A program made the position numbers and the translations under genes. The notes under the pieces are model-generated. The model did not search any database. It saw only the letters and a list, made by a program, of their open reading frames with translations, and was not told where the DNA came from. Source: Eubacteriales bacterium (GTDB taxonomy: Bacteria; Bacillota; Clostridia; Oscillospirales; CAG-272). From it: a stretch of 64,000 nucleotides of DNA. Where the stretch lies: assembly GCA_045576315.1 (NCBI GenBank), contig JAZNGE010000003.1:3778-67777 (forward strand), given 5' to 3'. Positions 1-8,948 of this stretch are shown piece by piece. Every line of letters begins with the position of its first letter. Within the stretch, counting starts at the first letter, position 1.

Positions 1-91
1 TAACGAAATCCTTGCAAAAACCATAAACAGAGATTATAAAAATGGCAGTCTGTATATCTTTGTAACAAGAGATCAATTCCTCGATTGGAAC

Positions 92-538
92 TTGGAAAAC
101 AAAGGCGACTATATATTCTATTTGGCTTCTCGCAGTGCCTATGAAGGTACTGTTCCCGAAGCTCCTACCGACGAGATTGAAGATTCTGTAACAGGTTTTG
201 CATACGAAAAATTCAAGTTCTCTAACAATGAAGGAAATGTTGCAAAGAGTGATGCCGAAGTGGTTTCTTTGATGAATGCTTTGATAGATCAATGGAAATA
301 CACCTATGATTCTATTGAAATTACTCTCTATACTCATATTCCGGAAGAAGAACTTAAAGCATTAAACTACTCGGGAATAATGCAGTTGAAATACCCCGAT
401 AGAACCATTATCCAAGTCAAGTATGTAAACATCAATATGGAAGCTCTGAAAGAACTTTCAAAGCGTTCCGATATATCTTATATTCATATTTCAGAGCCAT
501 CAACCGCCATTGAGGATGAGCCTGCCGTTGATGGGTAA
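92..538 (+). CDS. hypothetical protein (probably the 3' part of a gene starting upstream of the window)
   Basis: AT-rich ORF, co-oriented with the next gene. Confidence 0.6.
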   Translation: MENKGDYIFYLASRSAYEGTVPEAPTDEIEDSVTGFAYEKFKFSNNEGNVAKSDAEVVSLMNALIDQWKYTYDSIEITLYTHIPEEELKALNYSGIMQLKYPDRTIIQVKYVNINMEALKELSKRSDISYIHISEPSTAIEDEPAVDG

Positions 539-552
539 AAGGAGGTTTTACG

Positions 553-1005
553 ATGAAAAAAACATTATCGTTAGTTTTAGCCCTTATAACTCTTTTGTTC
601 TGTTTGACAGCCTGCGAAACAGACAAGTACAAAGATTATTACGCAACAAATATGGAAGCAAAGACATTTACGACATATTATGATGATTTGATTTTTGAAA
701 CAGATACAGTCGAATTGATTACGGATTATGAAACCTACTCGGCTTACCAATTCAATCTTGATTATACTGAGGGCTTCTTTGAGAACAACAATTTGCTTGT
801 GTTTATTGTTCAGAGTTGTTCTTCTGACCAAATGGAATATGTCGAGCTAAGAGAAAAAGACGGTGTGCTTTATCCCTTGTTTGAACGTGCGGAAATAGGA
901 GAAAATGATCCTATCACAGAAGATATTATTATATCGTCTTATTGCGTTGAAATATCGAAAGAACTTGAATACAAAGCGGGCGAGATCATCTACAATTACA
1001 AATAG
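553..1005 (+). CDS. lipoprotein, cargo
   Basis: GGAGG RBS; signal peptide with lipobox LTAC. Confidence 0.8.
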   Translation: MKKTLSLVLALITLLFCLTACETDKYKDYYATNMEAKTFTTYYDDLIFETDTVELITDYETYSAYQFNLDYTEGFFENNNLLVFIVQSCSSDQMEYVELREKDGVLYPLFERAEIGENDPITEDIIISSYCVEISKELEYKAGEIIYNYK

Positions 1006-1281
1006 AATAAATGTGACAAACAAGCAAGGTATTGTGTTTTAATTACTAAACAACAAATTAAAAGCCTGCGACGCACTAAGTACGCACAGACTTGAACGTA
1101 ACAGATCAGCGGCGGGCTACAAATCGTAGTCTGTCGTTTTTCTTTCCTTTATCATAATACACGCAAAGCAAAAATCCCCACTCTATTCTATGAGTGAGGA
1201 TAAAAGGATATAACTACACGGTCATCTTCCGCTACCCCTTGGACGAGCCGTGTCTATCTATCAAATCAAGGAGGTAAATTT

Positions 1282-1356
1282 ATGCGTTGGGTGAACAACG
1301 TTTCGCTGCTCGTTATGAGTAGCGACTATGATTTACGAACTGACAGCTCTACATAA
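1282..1356 (+). CDS. possible 24-aa leader peptide
   Basis: AAGGAGGT RBS then ATG; MRWVNNVSLLVMSSDYDLRTDSST. Confidence 0.3.
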   Translation: MRWVNNVSLLVMSSDYDLRTDSST

Positions 1357-1378
1357 AAAACTGAATAGAATACGCCAC

Positions 1379-1432
1379 AAGGCACTTATTAGACGATGCA
1401 ACGGACAAGCATCTGACAATAAGTGCCTTTTG
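1379..1432 (+). terminator. hairpin/attenuator upstream of the sigma-like gene
   Basis: 12-bp IR aaggcacttatt/aataagtgcctt followed by T's. Confidence 0.5.
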
Positions 1433-1532
1433 CTTTGCCCGCGCGAAAAATGTAATAATTTGCCTATTCGTGCGCCACCTGAAAGAATTTTGAAATTTAA
1501 TGTCAAATTTTGAAATCAATCAGGAGGCTAAA

Positions 1533-1973
1533 ATGAAGAAATTAAGCACGAATATAACAAACGAAAACGGCGAAACGAAAAAAATTACGGTCTTTGTAGA
1601 GGACGAAACTGCGGCGGCGCTCGCTCATTGTGACGAAGAAATCCGCCACCTTTATATACTTGAAGAACACGAGGCGCAAAACCTTACGCGCAAGGAAACC
1701 AGACGGCATATTTCATACGAAAGTATCACCGAAAAGGGCTTGGATTTTGTTTCCCCGGAAGAAAGTCCGTCGGACAGGCTCATACGCTCGGAGGAAGAAA
1801 AACGGTTACATAACGCTATGGCGAGCTTAACGGACAAGCAGTATAAAATTCTTTGGCTCGTAGCTGTGGACGGGCTTTCCTTTCACGAGGTAGGACGTAT
1901 TTTAGGCTTGAATTGGGATACCGTCAGAGAGCATTATCGGGCAGCTGTGAAAAAAGTCCAAAAAAAATTTTGA
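1533..1973 (+). CDS. sigma-70 region 4 (ECF-like) regulator of ICE/IME type
   Basis: AGGAGG RBS; C-terminal LTDKQ..DGLSFHEVGRILGL..TVREH HTH. Confidence 0.85.
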   Translation: MKKLSTNITNENGETKKITVFVEDETAAALAHCDEEIRHLYILEEHEAQNLTRKETRRHISYESITEKGLDFVSPEESPSDRLIRSEEEKRLHNAMASLTDKQYKILWLVAVDGLSFHEVGRILGLNWDTVREHYRAAVKKVQKKF

Positions 1974-2053
1974 AAAATACCCCCTCAAAACGCCATTCCC
2001 GTGGCTTATAGGTGAAGGCGCACCCGTCTTACACTTTTTCAGGAGGTACGAAG

Positions 2054-2368
2054 ATGTTACCACTCAACAAAATTCGAGAAGATTTGAAGGAGATCCGCTA
2101 TTACTACGCACGCAAGGAGATTTTCGATGCGGCTATCGGCGGTATCGGGCTTAACAAGGTTTTTGATACGGTGAAGAAGTATAACACCGCCGTTCAGAAC
2201 GCACCGCCGAGGCTCTATGACCTCTATATCTGCCTGTACGTGAAGAACTACACGCAGGAGGGCTTGTCAATCGAGCTTGGATATACCCCCGAATATATCC
2301 AGATGCAACACAAAAAGCTCCTGCTTTTCCTTCAATCTTACTTTAAGAGCGAGGAGGAAAGAAAATGA
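2054..2368 (+). CDS. ArpU/RinA-like or sigma-r4-like HTH regulator
   Basis: AGGAGG RBS; LYVKNYTQEGLSIELGYTPEYIQMQHKKLL HTH-like C-terminus. Confidence 0.6.
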   Translation: MLPLNKIREDLKEIRYYYARKEIFDAAIGGIGLNKVFDTVKKYNTAVQNAPPRLYDLYICLYVKNYTQEGLSIELGYTPEYIQMQHKKLLLFLQSYFKSEEERK

Positions 2369-2610
2369 AGCAGACGCCGGATTTTATGCAGAACGCTACG
2401 AACGTTTACCGTACTCCCCACTTTATCGTCAGGCAAAGGCTTTCTATCCTTTGCAGCGAGGAAGAAAACAATGCAGTTATAAGCCGAGATACATTCTACA
2501 AAAGAACACCGGCACGTAACGCAGAGTACGAGGAAATTTTCAAAAAGCGTGAGCAGATAGACGGAAAAAGGCTTCCCTCGTCGGGCTACATTCGAGAGTA
2601 CCGAGAGTAA
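2365..2610 (+). CDS. hypothetical protein
   Basis: ATGA overlap with the previous gene; RBS present. Confidence 0.7.
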   Translation: MKQTPDFMQNATNVYRTPHFIVRQRLSILCSEEENNAVISRDTFYKRTPARNAEYEEIFKKREQIDGKRLPSSGYIREYRE

Positions 2611-2923
2611 AAAAGACGGGTGCGGCTTCAAAAACACTTTGGTTTCATTTGGGGTAAAGTTTGGGTAAACAGACAAGAATCTGCGTTTTAGTTTGGATTT
2701 TCTTGGGGTTCTGTTTCTGGTTTTTGCCCGACAAATACCCTACAATGAAAGCGTAACCGACAGCTACCGATTTACGATTAAGGCGCTTGGAGCTTGCAAG
2801 CTAAGGTGGCCACCTTCCATAGCACAATCGCCGGGAACAGAGTTTCAAGGAGCGTTACGGTTACGAAAACAACTGAATAGCCTACGGGCAAACAAAATCT
2901 ACAAATCACAGGAGGATTTTTTA

Positions 2924-3208
2924 ATGGCTAAAAAGGCAGCCACCGCCGAGGGCGGAAACAAGTACAATCAGCGCAGATGGGCTATCCCCTCTAAGCGTGC
3001 AAAGAACTACGCATCCGAGCGTAAAGCAAAGGTGCATCAGCGCGGACCGAAGGAAGGTAAAGAGCTGACCGATTACGAGGCAGGTATCCGTTCCGGCTAC
3101 TTGCAGGCACAGACCGACCACGCCGGGCTGTATAAGTACAAAAAGGCACTTTCCGAGGGTAAATCCAAGGCAGAGGCACGCGAAATTTCGCAGAAGAAAT
3201 CTAAGTAA
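2924..3208 (+). CDS. small Lys/Arg-rich protein (possible DNA-binding)
   Basis: AGGAGG RBS before ATG 2924; strongly basic 94-aa product. Confidence 0.75.
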   Translation: MAKKAATAEGGNKYNQRRWAIPSKRAKNYASERKAKVHQRGPKEGKELTDYEAGIRSGYLQAQTDHAGLYKYKKALSEGKSKAEAREISQKKSK

Positions 3209-3231
3209 TTTAACAGGAGGTATCAGAATTT

Positions 3232-3597
3232 ATGGCTAAAACGAACGAAACTAACGCAGGTAAGGCAATCTTTGTAGAGCGCGAAACCTTTGAAATGGAA
3301 GGCAAAACCTACTATTCCTACTTCATTAAAGGACAGATCCGCGGCAGAGATGTAAAGGTCGCAATTACGCCCCCGGACAACGGCGGCTTCGTCGTTCTGG
3401 ATATCGTGTTCGGCAACGCTATGGCGGCAGAGCTTGTAGTGAAGCCCTACGAGATCAAGGACGAAAAGACCAAGAAGGTCGTATCCGGCAATACCTTCGC
3501 TGTCGTTTCCTATGACGAAAACGGCGAGATGTACGAGTGTGCCGTGAAGCCCTACCGTCAGTCCGATAAGGCTCTCTTGAATATGCTCCTTAAATAA
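3232..3597 (+). CDS. beta-rich protein, candidate ssDNA-binding protein
   Basis: AGGAGG RBS; alternating beta-strand pattern with aromatic residues; function inferred from context. Confidence 0.55.
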   Translation: MAKTNETNAGKAIFVERETFEMEGKTYYSYFIKGQIRGRDVKVAITPPDNGGFVVLDIVFGNAMAAELVVKPYEIKDEKTKKVVSGNTFAVVSYDENGEMYECAVKPYRQSDKALLNMLLK

Positions 3598-3698
3598 GGC
3601 GCATAAGGCAAAAAAACAATAACGTTTCTGCGGCTTATGTACGGCAAATAAGTCGTGCGTAGGTCGCAGTTTTCATTACAACAAAAGGAGGTTTCTTT

Positions 3699-3998
3699 AT
3701 GGAAGCAACAGCAAAAAAGTCAGGCTTCAAGGAGTCTGTAAAGCAGACCGGTCAGAAAGCTAAGGCATACGCCGGAAAGAAAGTCGATCAGGTGAAAACC
3801 TACGGCAAGAACTACAAATCCGACATTGTAAAGGCTTATGATATCGGCTACGCAAGAGGCTGGGACGACGCTTACAACGTCCCTAAACGCTTTGGTGCAA
3901 AAATCGCAGCGTCCTACGGCTACAAGAAAGGTATCCGTGACCGTCGCCGCGCAGATAAGTACACAAAGCAGTACAGCAAAATCGGTAAGCAAAACTAA
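3699..3998 (+). CDS. small basic helical protein
   Basis: AGGAGG RBS; Lys-rich; AYDIGYARG/SYGYKKG motifs. Confidence 0.75.
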   Translation: MEATAKKSGFKESVKQTGQKAKAYAGKKVDQVKTYGKNYKSDIVKAYDIGYARGWDDAYNVPKRFGAKIAASYGYKKGIRDRRRADKYTKQYSKIGKQN

Positions 3999-4019
3999 AA
4001 ATTCAGGAGGATTTGTTAT

Positions 4020-5036
4020 ATGACAAAAACAAGAAACAAGATTATTTCCTTCGTTCTTGCTCTCGCTACGGTGTTCACTCTTTGCTTTACACTCGTAGCC
4101 TGCACGGACGATAACACCCCCGACACTTCGGGCGAAACCGCACAGACCGAGCAGGTACACACTCTTTCTGCAAGTGATTTCAAGACGGAGTTTGTCAATA
4201 CCGCAAGCGTTAAGCTGATGGCTGCTTCTCCTGCGGTTATGACAGCAGCTACCGGGGTTATCACTCAGAAGATCACCGCAACCGTTCTCCCGGCAACCGC
4301 AACAAATAAGCAGGTAGATTGGACTGTGGCTTGGGCGGATTCGAGCAATACCACAAACGTGGCTAACTACGTTACCGTAGCTCCCGATTCTGACGGTAGT
4401 ACCTCGGCAACCGTAACCTGCAAGGCAGCCTTCTCCGGCAACATTGTCATTACGGCTACCACTCGTCAGAACGGCTACAAGGCTGACTGCATTGTTAGCT
4501 TCGTCGGCGTTCCCGCAAACATCGAGATCATCACCAACCTTACCCCCGCAAGCGACGGTTATCACGTAGCTGTCGGCAACACTTACACCTTCGGTACGGA
4601 GCTTTCCAACCCCTTTGGCGAGGTCGGCAACGCATACAAGACTCTTGAGGTTTCCGTTCAGGGTGTAGGTCAGATTAAGGTAGCTTCTAAGGAGGTTTAC
4701 GTTTCAAGCGGCAATACAAAGTGGTATGACGACCTTGCTACTGTTATCGACCTTAATACGATTGCAAGCAAGTTTATTGACGCTTCTATCGCAACCGACG
4801 GCACGATTACCGTAAACGTCAAGAAGTCTATCGAAAGCTATTACGCAAGTCTGGAGCGTATCGACGGCGGCAGAACACAGTATTATACGGACTGTTTCAG
4901 AGATTACGTAACCAACTGCTACTTTAAGATTGTGCTTACAGAGCCCAAGAGTGGTATCAGCACTTCCTTCAACCTCGTGCTTGATGAAAATGCAGTTACG
5001 GGCGTATCTCTTGCATCAACTGAAATGTTCTTTTAA
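4020..5036 (+). CDS. lipoprotein with Big_2-like Ig domain and C-terminal free strand (pilin-like)
   Basis: lipobox LVAC; ITATVLPATATNKQVDW Big_2 motif; ends VTGVSLASTEMFF. Confidence 0.75.
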   Translation: MTKTRNKIISFVLALATVFTLCFTLVACTDDNTPDTSGETAQTEQVHTLSASDFKTEFVNTASVKLMAASPAVMTAATGVITQKITATVLPATATNKQVDWTVAWADSSNTTNVANYVTVAPDSDGSTSATVTCKAAFSGNIVITATTRQNGYKADCIVSFVGVPANIEIITNLTPASDGYHVAVGNTYTFGTELSNPFGEVGNAYKTLEVSVQGVGQIKVASKEVYVSSGNTKWYDDLATVIDLNTIASKFIDASIATDGTITVNVKKSIESYYASLERIDGGRTQYYTDCFRDYVTNCYFKIVLTEPKSGISTSFNLVLDENAVTGVSLASTEMFF

Positions 5037-5048
5037 GGAGGTGCTTAT

Positions 5049-5624
5049 ATGACAGGTGCAAAGGTAGGTAAAATTATTGCCTATATTCTTGTCGTTCTGG
5101 CTTTGGTATCGGCTATCGGCTTTATTGCCTACTTTACCGGCGGCTTTACAAGCGGATTTAAGACCTTCTACGTCGAGGTTGACGGCAAGCAGATTATGAC
5201 GAGCGCAAACGACTATAAAATTCCTGCCGGCGAATCTATGACTGTTGACGTCAAATATACGATGTCGGATGAAGCAAACGGCTATTCTGTTAAGGTCGTT
5301 CCCAACAAGCTCGCAGGCAAGGATTTCGATTTCTCGCTTGACGGTGAGGTATATTCCTATCAGGCTGAAAAGGATCTTACCGCAGGCTTTGAAATTGAGT
5401 ACGGCGACACTTCATTTACTATCAAGCCCAAAGGCACGATTACGGATATTCTGAGGGCTGTCTATCCCGGCAGCGTAGTAGAAGATTGCCGCGATTTTGC
5501 CTACGACAATATGTTTACTCTTATTGTCACGTCCCACGATGGCGAAAGTAACGTAAAGGTCAATTTCACCGTTTCCGAGGACACCGAGGGTATCACCATT
5601 ACCCCCGATCACATCTATTTCTAA
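5049..5624 (+). CDS. N-terminally anchored beta protein with C-terminal free strand
   Basis: N-terminal TM helix; ends TEGITITPDHIYF. Confidence 0.75.
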   Translation: MTGAKVGKIIAYILVVLALVSAIGFIAYFTGGFTSGFKTFYVEVDGKQIMTSANDYKIPAGESMTVDVKYTMSDEANGYSVKVVPNKLAGKDFDFSLDGEVYSYQAEKDLTAGFEIEYGDTSFTIKPKGTITDILRAVYPGSVVEDCRDFAYDNMFTLIVTSHDGESNVKVNFTVSEDTEGITITPDHIYF

Positions 5625-5645
5625 ATTTTAAGGAGGATTTCATTT

Positions 5646-6743
5646 ATGAATAACGAATTTAACCAGCACAAAAAGAGTGATTTTATCAAGTGGATAATCA
5701 CTTTCACCGCACTTATTCTGCTTTCGATTTCGGTTATCGCGCTTGCGGCTAACGTATTCGGCGGAGTCAATAATGACACCACAACTGAAACCGAGCAGAC
5801 AACCGAAAACGACCAGCCCACAACCGCCGAGGGTATGAACACCGTTAAGGTTGTAAACAGCGACCTTATGATGCTTTCTGCTATGGCATACTCCAGCGAG
5901 CCTACCGTAGCAGGAGCAAAGGCAACTACGGGCGTCAAGGTAACTGCTACCGTTCTTCCCGAAGGTACAAATCAAAAGCTGAATTGGGATATTTCCTACG
6001 TTGATCCCAACAACGAATGGGCAGAAGGCGTACAGGCTGATGCTTCTGATTTTGTTTACATTGAGTCCGAGAACGAGGATAACACCGTTATTTACGTGAA
6101 GGCTTATTCCGCTTTCGGCGCTCAGGTCAAAATCACCGCAACCTCTGCCGTAAATCCCGATGTATCCGCTTATATTCTGGTTGATTATGCTGCGCGCTTA
6201 GATGCCGAGCAGTATCTTGAAATAGGCGGCGAAGGATTTATTACTTCTCTTGACAGTTCTGATTGCATTAGCTACGCAGGCGGTATCAATCACGATGGCG
6301 GAGATATTACGGATTATATCTACGCTCCTATCGAGTTTTTGCCCTCGTTTAATTACGGCTCTATTACGCCTTCCTGCTACGCTGAATTTTACGTAACTCT
6401 TTCCCCGGAATTTCTTGCGGCTCTCCAAGCCGAAGGATTTACCAACGCAACCGGTGAAATGGTATGGGTTGGCGAGGACGTTATTACTCCCGCTATGCTC
6501 ATAAACGCTATGGTCGGTGAGAAGATCATTACCGACAGTACAGCTTGTGTAGAGGTAGCCGTTGCTACTGCGTTCAATAACGCGGCGGCTTCTGTGGGAG
6601 ATTCCTTAGCGTTCACTATCAATGCTATGGCTTCAACGGATTACGAGGCTGCACAGTTCGATTTTGATTTCCACTTCGATCCCGATGCTATCGTAAACTA
6701 CGTAGAGTCGATAGAGTTTGACGTTCAGAACATCGTTCTTTAA
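5646..6743 (+). CDS. N-anchored Big_2-like protein, paralog of 4020-5036
   Basis: VTATVLPEGTNQKLNW and AFGAQVKITAT match the paralog; ends VESIEFDVQNIVL. Confidence 0.75.
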   Translation: MNNEFNQHKKSDFIKWIITFTALILLSISVIALAANVFGGVNNDTTTETEQTTENDQPTTAEGMNTVKVVNSDLMMLSAMAYSSEPTVAGAKATTGVKVTATVLPEGTNQKLNWDISYVDPNNEWAEGVQADASDFVYIESENEDNTVIYVKAYSAFGAQVKITATSAVNPDVSAYILVDYAARLDAEQYLEIGGEGFITSLDSSDCISYAGGINHDGGDITDYIYAPIEFLPSFNYGSITPSCYAEFYVTLSPEFLAALQAEGFTNATGEMVWVGEDVITPAMLINAMVGEKIITDSTACVEVAVATAFNNAAASVGDSLAFTINAMASTDYEAAQFDFDFHFDPDAIVNYVESIEFDVQNIVL

Positions 6744-6761
6744 TAACAAGGAGGTGATTAT

Positions 6762-8807
6762 TTGACTTATGCAAGAAGAAATAGGCTTCTTCTCTGCATA
6801 GTCGCTATGGTGATGGTGCTGTCTATGGTGTTTTTCCCCATATTCAGCACTGTCGCTTATGCGGCAGAAAAAGAAGTCAATTACGACAGTACAAACGTAC
6901 TTGATGACCTCAATTCCGGGGCGGTGAACGGACAGCCCTTTGACATTACGGATTTCCCGTTCAACGAAAGCAAGGATATACAGGTAATAAACTTCGTTGA
7001 ATACTGCTATTCCTATAAGGCGAATTTGCGGGATAACTACGGGCTTTACGTGTATATCTATAACCCCAAGGGCTTAAACCTCTCGACGAGTAATAAGCAG
7101 AACAAAATCCAGATGGCAGTCAGCTACGACGCCGAGGGCAACCCAAGCGATTATGAAAAGTTTTCGCTTGAATTTTGTTCCAAAACCGAAAGCGGAGATT
7201 ATAAAAATCTGTTTTACAAGTTCAAGGTTATTGACCGTGAGGTAAACGGCACGACCTTCTCTGACCGTGTAAACAGTAACGCTCGCCGCTATGACGTTTC
7301 GGGCGTAGAGCTGACAACCTATGGCGCATCCTCGGCAACCGAGTACGGTGTGTGCGGAACGTACATATTTACGGGATTTGCCGAAGGATACGGCCCGGAC
7401 GAAAATGCGAAAAGCACGCTTACCTGTGACGTGGAATATCTCGAAACGATAGAGCTTTCCGTAAAGCATACCTTCTACCGTTCCAAGACTTCCCCCCTCG
7501 GTGCAGGACACCAAAATCAGCTTGACACCGTGTATTTCTCCGTTCCGAAACGCTTTTTAGATACCTACGGAAGATTGCAACGTATCAAAGCGGAGTGGTA
7601 CGAGTACAAGACGAAAGAAATTCTTGTCACGAGCCATACCGACTTTTACAATGCGGCTAAGGACTATATCGGCGTAGAGCTTGGCGACGAGCCTAACGAT
7701 TTCGGTCAGTACGAATACGTTGAGGATATCGGGTACAGCTTAGGCATCGGTGCAGGCAAAGCGGGAGATATGTACGTAGCTCAATGGGGCTGGAATCTCG
7801 GCACAGGCTATTTCCATATTCCGACAAATGCGCTCTACTATATGTTCCTCGTTGACAATATCGAGGAATACGATCCCTATGCTGAAACCGTCACCATCGG
7901 AGGCGTGCAAAGCAACGATCTGTACGAGTGGATAAAGAATTACAACAAAAGCTATACTTCTGGCAGGCTTCCCATCAAGGACGGCAAGATCAGCGCCGAC
8001 CTCTTTGAAAGTGATATCGACGCCAGCCGAAAAATGAATAACGAAAACGGCGTTATCAAGAACGGATACAGCTATTACGACTTTGACGCCGACGTGGATT
8101 TACAAACGCTGAAAAGCTGGTCTGACAGCGATCCGAGCTTTTGGGATAATTGGATAAACTTCGGTCTTGGTGCAGCCTTCACGGGCGGGCCCGACGAGCA
8201 AACCAAAACGGCAGCTCCGATACAGATACTTAAAGCGTCCGACCTCACCGGCACGAACACCGAAATAGCGGAAAGACTGCTCGTGAACGTGGCAGACGTT
8301 GACAGTATCAAAGCCGAGTACAACAACGCCGTTACCGTCAACGGTATAGACGATGAAGAAAAGGTTGTCGTGCTGTTCCGTTTCGCAACGAGTGATTACT
8401 ATTCCGAGGCTGTTGACATCATCGAGATTGACGGCGGATTTCTTTGGACGGACAAGCACACCGAAGGACAGGCGTATATAGCACAGGAAAGCGTATTTTT
8501 TGACTTTGATATCATTCAGCTTACCTTCAACAAGGACGGTGATTACACCGTTATTCCCGTTGTTTCAAGCCCGATTGATATAGTCAATGACATTACCCCT
8601 CCCGTCAATATGCCGGGCGGTCTTGAATGGTGGCAAATCGTACTTGCCATTATTATGGTCGTTCTTCTCGTCGTGCTGCTTTGGCCGGTGCTACCATACA
8701 TCGGTCAGGGTATCTGGTGGGTTATCTGCCTGCCCGTCAAAGCGTTCAAGGCTATTAAAAACGCTATCAAGCGAAAGAAAGACGAAAACTATTACAAGGA
8801 GGAATAA
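6762..8807 (+). CDS. large secreted protein with C-terminal TM anchor (pIII-like topology)
   Basis: signal peptide ending AYA; C-terminal hydrophobic helix and basic tail; lies upstream of the Zot-like gene. Confidence 0.75.
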   Translation: MTYARRNRLLLCIVAMVMVLSMVFFPIFSTVAYAAEKEVNYDSTNVLDDLNSGAVNGQPFDITDFPFNESKDIQVINFVEYCYSYKANLRDNYGLYVYIYNPKGLNLSTSNKQNKIQMAVSYDAEGNPSDYEKFSLEFCSKTESGDYKNLFYKFKVIDREVNGTTFSDRVNSNARRYDVSGVELTTYGASSATEYGVCGTYIFTGFAEGYGPDENAKSTLTCDVEYLETIELSVKHTFYRSKTSPLGAGHQNQLDTVYFSVPKRFLDTYGRLQRIKAEWYEYKTKEILVTSHTDFYNAAKDYIGVELGDEPNDFGQYEYVEDIGYSLGIGAGKAGDMYVAQWGWNLGTGYFHIPTNALYYMFLVDNIEEYDPYAETVTIGGVQSNDLYEWIKNYNKSYTSGRLPIKDGKISADLFESDIDASRKMNNENGVIKNGYSYYDFDADVDLQTLKSWSDSDPSFWDNWINFGLGAAFTGGPDEQTKTAAPIQILKASDLTGTNTEIAERLLVNVADVDSIKAEYNNAVTVNGIDDEEKVVVLFRFATSDYYSEAVDIIEIDGGFLWTDKHTEGQAYIAQESVFFDFDIIQLTFNKDGDYTVIPVVSSPIDIVNDITPPVNMPGGLEWWQIVLAIIMVVLLVVLLWPVLPYIGQGIWWVICLPVKAFKAIKNAIKRKKDENYYKEE

Positions 8808-8810
8808 TTT

Positions 8811-8948
8811 TTGAAAACGGTAAAAAGGATTATTGCTGTACTCCTTCTTATCGTTACTGTGGCTCTGGTTGGCTATCTTGTATTCACGGGTAGCCAACTA
8901 TCCCTAAACGATACGGGAGGTGTATATGAAGAAATTACGAGTATTTAA
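8811..8948 (+). CDS. 45-aa single-TM protein (not in ORF track)
   Basis: AGGAGG 8797-8802, TTG start; MKTVKRIIAVLLLIVTVALVGYLVFTGSQLSLNDTGGVYEEITSI. Confidence 0.7.
   Translation: MKTVKRIIAVLLLIVTVALVGYLVFTGSQLSLNDTGGVYEEITSI

Noticed and set aside
2750-2870. Retron msr-msd
   Set aside because: A terminal IR is present but there is no reverse transcriptase in the window
3720-4565. 281-aa - strand ORF (likewise 13443-14309, 22190-23152, 31489-32376, 42430-43302, 56578-57285)
   Set aside because: Shadows of well-supported genes on the opposite strand or in another frame
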